Of a stretch of 64,000 nucleotides of DNA, positions 60,503 through 64,000 are shown piece by piece; position 1 is the stretch's first letter; every line of letters begins with the position of its first letter. The stretch is taken from positions 22,225 to 86,224 of the forward strand of contig JAHLWP010000015.1 in NCBI GenBank assembly GCA_019057865.1, written 5' to 3'. The translations under genes and the position numbers were made by a program. The stretch comes from Promethearchaeota archaeon (GTDB taxonomy: Archaea > Asgardarchaeota > Lokiarchaeia > Sigyniarchaeales > SOKP01). Under the pieces are notes generated by a model that was not told the DNA's origin, ran no database searches, and worked only from the letters and a program-made list of their open reading frames with translations.

Positions 60503-62038
60503 ATTCGTACTTATGAGCAATATATTGAAGATTTGAAGAAAATGAAACCCAATATATACATAGGGGATGAAAAAGTTGATCGCCAGGATTACAGGCTTAA
60601 GGGAGGCATGCGAATAATGAAAGAGACTTTTGACAGAGCCCATGATCCTGAATGGGAGGATTTATGTACAGCAACTTCACATATAACAGGAAAAAAGATT
60701 AACCGATTTACCCATATACATCAAAGTGAAGATGATCTACTAAAAAAGCAACTTATGACTCGCCGACTCTGTCATCGGACTGGAGGATGCATTCAGAGGT
60801 GTATGGGTATTGATGCTTTAAATGCTCTCTCGGTTATAACCTATGAACTCGATGAAGCATTAGGAACTGATCATTATCAGCGATTTTTAAAATATTTGGA
60901 ATATTTCCAAGAAAATGATCTTGTTGCAAGTTGTGCTCAAACTGATGCAAAGGGAGATCGATTAAAACGACCGCACCAACAAGAGGATCCCGATCAATAT
61001 CTTCGTGTAATTGAATCAAGAGAAGATGGCATAGTTGTTAGGGGATGTAAACTTAATATTACTAATACTCCATATGCGGATGAATTTGTGGTTGTTCCAT
61101 GCAGATATATGGGTCCAGAAGATAAGGATTATGCTGTTGCTTTTGCTTTACCATCAGATTGGGAGGGTGTCAAACTCTTAACAAGACCTGCATATATTAA
61201 AGAACCCAAACATTTAGAAATTCCCCACTCTGCACTTGGAGATGCTGAAACGTTCATTATTTTTGATGACGTATTTGTCCCGAAAGAGAGAGTATTTCTT
61301 AATGGTCACGGAGATCCCAGACAAACACCTTATGCTGGATTTTTAGCACTTATGTTTGCTCATTATCATAGACACAGTTATACTGGTTGCAAACCTGCTA
61401 TGTCAGAAGTTATAGGAAGTGCAGCAGCATTAGTTGCGGAATATAATGGTATAGAAAACACTTCTCATGTGCGAGATAAACTTTCACACATAATTGGTAC
61501 TGCAGAATTAGTTTTTGCTGCTGGAGAGTCAAGTGCTAAGCATTCAGAAAAAGCACCTTCAGGAACACAAGTACCTGATGAGATTTTAACTAATGCTGGA
61601 AGAAGGCTTGCTGGGGAAATGATATATGAAGAATATAAGATATTAGCTGATCTTTCTGGAGGCTTAATTGCAACATTACCCTTTGAAGATTCCTTCTTTA
61701 ATGAAGAAGTTGGAGAGCTTGCTATGAAATATTTAACGAGAAATCCTCGTGTTAAACCAGAAAATATTTACAGATGCTTTAAAGGTATTGAAAATCTTGC
61801 AGTATCAGATTTAGCAGGATTAATGCAAGTAGCAGGACTTCATGGTGGAGGAAGCCCTCAAATGGAAACTATAACTATGATGATGAGATATGATGTTGAA
61901 AGACTTAAGGATATCGCTAAATATCTCTTCGGAATTAAATCTAAACTTAAACCTTATGAAAGACCAACTGTGACTCCCCGAAAACAACTTGAAAAGTTTA
62001 GAGCAGCAATGTTAAGAAAGAAGGAACAGAATCTTTAA
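60503..62038 (+). CDS. 4-hydroxybutyryl-CoA dehydratase-like flavo-Fe-S enzyme (AbfD/HpaB family); probable ATT start
   Basis: GGCIQRCMG.DA and HRHSYTGCK Fe-S ligand motifs, TDAKGDR, HGGGSP; N-terminus (M)RTYEQYIEDLKKM. Confidence 0.88.
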   Translation: MRTYEQYIEDLKKMKPNIYIGDEKVDRQDYRLKGGMRIMKETFDRAHDPEWEDLCTATSHITGKKINRFTHIHQSEDDLLKKQLMTRRLCHRTGGCIQRCMGIDALNALSVITYELDEALGTDHYQRFLKYLEYFQENDLVASCAQTDAKGDRLKRPHQQEDPDQYLRVIESREDGIVVRGCKLNITNTPYADEFVVVPCRYMGPEDKDYAVAFALPSDWEGVKLLTRPAYIKEPKHLEIPHSALGDAETFIIFDDVFVPKERVFLNGHGDPRQTPYAGFLALMFAHYHRHSYTGCKPAMSEVIGSAAALVAEYNGIENTSHVRDKLSHIIGTAELVFAAGESSAKHSEKAPSGTQVPDEILTNAGRRLAGEMIYEEYKILADLSGGLIATLPFEDSFFNEEVGELAMKYLTRNPRVKPENIYRCFKGIENLAVSDLAGLMQVAGLHGGGSPQMETITMMMRYDVERLKDIAKYLFGIKSKLKPYERPTVTPRKQLEKFRAAMLRKKEQNL

Positions 62039-62103
62039 ATTCAATTTAAGTAATTTTTTTATTTTTTAATTGAAATGCTATGTTAATTAACTATTGAATA
62101 TCA

Positions 62104-63066
62104 TTATAATACACACAATACAAAAGTTTGACTTTCTGTAAGTAAATTAAGAGTTATTTTCTTATCCTTTTTTATGAACTGATTAATTGGAATTCCTTTT
62201 TCATAGATTTCTCTAAATTTATCATTAAAAATTTGATAAATATTTTTATTTCTAGAAATATAAGCCCCAATTAAAATATTAGTTGGATCAAAACTGGGTT
62301 GGATAAGTTCATTATCAGTTAAACTAAAATTGCTGAAATTCTCATCAGTTACATGAATATCAAATGTTTTGAATTCTAAATGGAAATTTTCCACATGTTT
62401 TGATAAAATTTCGAATTCTTTGCTCTCTAATAGCTCCTTTACTACCTCTGAATTGAAAATAACCTGTATCTCTATGTTTTTAAGGTTTTCCTTAATTCTT
62501 TTCATTCCTGTAGCCATATCATCTTTAATATCATCAGGAATCCCCTTAATTTGATGTTTTTGAATTAAGGAAATTAATGGATTATCATACCTAATTCCAA
62601 CTGCAATTTTACATAATTTTGGTGCTAAAAATGAGTAGTATGTTTCAGCAAAATTTTTAATATTATAATTTATAAACTCAACAGGTTCTTGAACAACTTG
62701 TTCTTCTAGATTATACTTTCTTATGAATTCTTCAATGGAAGTTTCACATTTACTTTGCTTTTCAAGAAATTGATTTTGAAGTGCTTCAATTCTTTTATTG
62801 ATCAATTTTTGCCAAAGTGTAAGCACTGGAGTTGCTATATGGACTTTCATAGGGCGATCATAAGTCTGAACAAGTTCCAAATCATTTAATACCGAACAAA
62901 TTTTATAACCTCTTTTTAAGGAGAGATTAAATTGATTACATACTTGCTTTAAATCATCAATTCTCTTATTCAGTAATAGATAGTGGTAAATCCTCTCTAT
63001 TCCCTTTTCGATAATGCCAATTGAATCGAATAATTGGCTCAGAGTTAAAAATTCGGTATCTTCCAT
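62104..63066 (-). CDS. TrmB-like transcriptional regulator (N-terminal wHTH)
   Basis: IG.....ERIYHYLL...LKRGYKICSVL..LELV....RPMK wHTH; coiled coil; C-terminal PLD-like effector region. Confidence 0.6.
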   Translation of the reverse strand: MEDTEFLTLSQLFDSIGIIEKGIERIYHYLLLNKRIDDLKQVCNQFNLSLKRGYKICSVLNDLELVQTYDRPMKVHIATPVLTLWQKLINKRIEALQNQFLEKQSKCETSIEEFIRKYNLEEQVVQEPVEFINYNIKNFAETYYSFLAPKLCKIAVGIRYDNPLISLIQKHQIKGIPDDIKDDMATGMKRIKENLKNIEIQVIFNSEVVKELLESKEFEILSKHVENFHLEFKTFDIHVTDENFSNFSLTDNELIQPSFDPTNILIGAYISRNKNIYQIFNDKFREIYEKGIPINQFIKKDKKITLNLLTESQTFVLCVL

Positions 63067-63070
63067 TTAA

Positions 63071-63601
63071 TCACCTATTACCAGTTCGTTCTAAAGTTAG
63101 TTCAGTCAGGACATTAAAAGACTTCTCAACATTTAGATTTTCTTTAGCGGAGATTTCAGCATAACTCGCCATTTTATTTTTTTCAGCAATTTGAATACCA
63201 TATTCTCTTGGAACTTGGCGTTGGGTATTTTCAAGATCTATTTTCGAGCCAACTAGCATAATAGGTATAGGACCTCCTTTTTGTCTCACAATTGTAATCC
63301 ATTCAGAGATATTATCTAACGTAGATGGTCTTGTAATATCATATAAGAGAAATGCAGCATTTGCCCCTAGACAGTAGGTTGGTAAAAGGAATCGAAACCT
63401 TTCTTCTCCCCCCACATCCCAAATTTGGAGCTTTATCTTTTTACCCATGAGATCAATTGTTTTTACATGGAAATCCACTCCAATAGTTAACCGCTCAGAG
63501 GGATTAAAAATATTATAACAATACCTCTTGGTAAATGAAGTCTTTCCAACGCTAGCATCTCCTAACAAAAGAATTTTAAAAGTATAATCATAATTTGAAA
63601 T
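63071..63601 (-). CDS. Rab-like small GTPase; probable ATT start
   Basis: (M)SNYDYTFKILLLGDASVGKT, TIGVDF, KLQIWD, RFR, YDIT, SKID, EISAK. Confidence 0.92.
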   Translation of the reverse strand: MSNYDYTFKILLLGDASVGKTSFTKRYCYNIFNPSERLTIGVDFHVKTIDLMGKKIKLQIWDVGGEERFRFLLPTYCLGANAAFLLYDITRPSTLDNISEWITIVRQKGGPIPIMLVGSKIDLENTQRQVPREYGIQIAEKNKMASYAEISAKENLNVEKSFNVLTELTLERTGNR

Positions 63602-64000
63602 TTTTATACACCCAAGTTATAATTTAGTTATATTTTTTGATAAAATTTAATTTTCTGTCAATTTCACTAAAATTTTGTTTTCGTTTAATTAATATTTCAA
63701 TTAATGTATTTTTATGTTATTATACCACTCTTGTATATCTTTAATAAAGTGCACATTTTTAAATATAGTTTGAAAAATTTTTGTACAGATTTTCAGCACA
63801 TATATTGTTTAAGATCTCAATTTAAAAAATTTTTCATATGGATAAGATTTTACTTTAAATCCTTCAGTTAAATGTCTATAGTATTATTAATATTACGTAA
63901 AATCTGATAATATTAAATTAAAATAAAGAATAAAATAAAAAATTCGGGTATAATACCTTTTAGGTCATGGTGAAAAATAAACTTTTAGTCAAACGCACTC

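Noticed and set aside
60503-62038. 4-hydroxyphenylacetate 3-monooxygenase call
   Set aside because: It retains the Cys/His Fe-S ligand motifs of 4-hydroxybutyryl-CoA dehydratase, and the context is anaerobic.
1243-62554. About 30 short antisense or alternate-frame ORFs in the track (e.g. 1243-1614, 3050-3382, 5128-5526, 8467-8832, 29233-29661, 50205-50588, 57950-58342, 60452-60643)
   Set aside because: They overlap well-supported genes and have the Ile/Ser/Phe/Pro-rich composition of shadow ORFs.
63620-64000. Broken minus-strand frames and a possible gene start at 63967
   Set aside because: Multiple stop codons and too little sequence to assign.

Overview
AT-rich (roughly 30% GC by eye) archaeal chromosome segment, most likely an Asgard archaeon (Lokiarchaeia-like). 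This is inferred from a longin-domain protein, a Rab-like GTPase, a RING finger, a HEAT+LRR protein and GGTGA ribosome-binding sites. No rRNA, tRNA, CRISPR array or transposase was recognised. Contents in order: (i) small eukaryote-signature genes (1-2.7 kb); (ii) a minus-strand operon encoding NfnS, a wHTH/ferredoxin/FrhB(F420-binding)::NfnL fusion, three glutamate dehydrogenases and a 41-aa GDH C-terminal mini-ORF; (iii) guaA, pepF, Lrp/glnA, an ABC exporter pair, and a PiT/PhoU phosphate locus with a repeated 20-bp operator-like box; (iv) carAB, whose small subunit lacks the catalytic Cys and His; (v) a ~27 kb acyl-CoA/lipid catabolism region containing two divergent cytoplasmic DmsAB-like molybdoenzymes; (vi) a Rab-TrmB gene pair. 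The main candidates for new biology are the F420-module::Nfn electron-bifurcating fusion linked to GDHs, and recurrent ATT/ATA start codons 6-8 nt behind GGTG(A)-type RBSs in at least five genes. All functional calls come from motif recognition by eye; no database searches were run.
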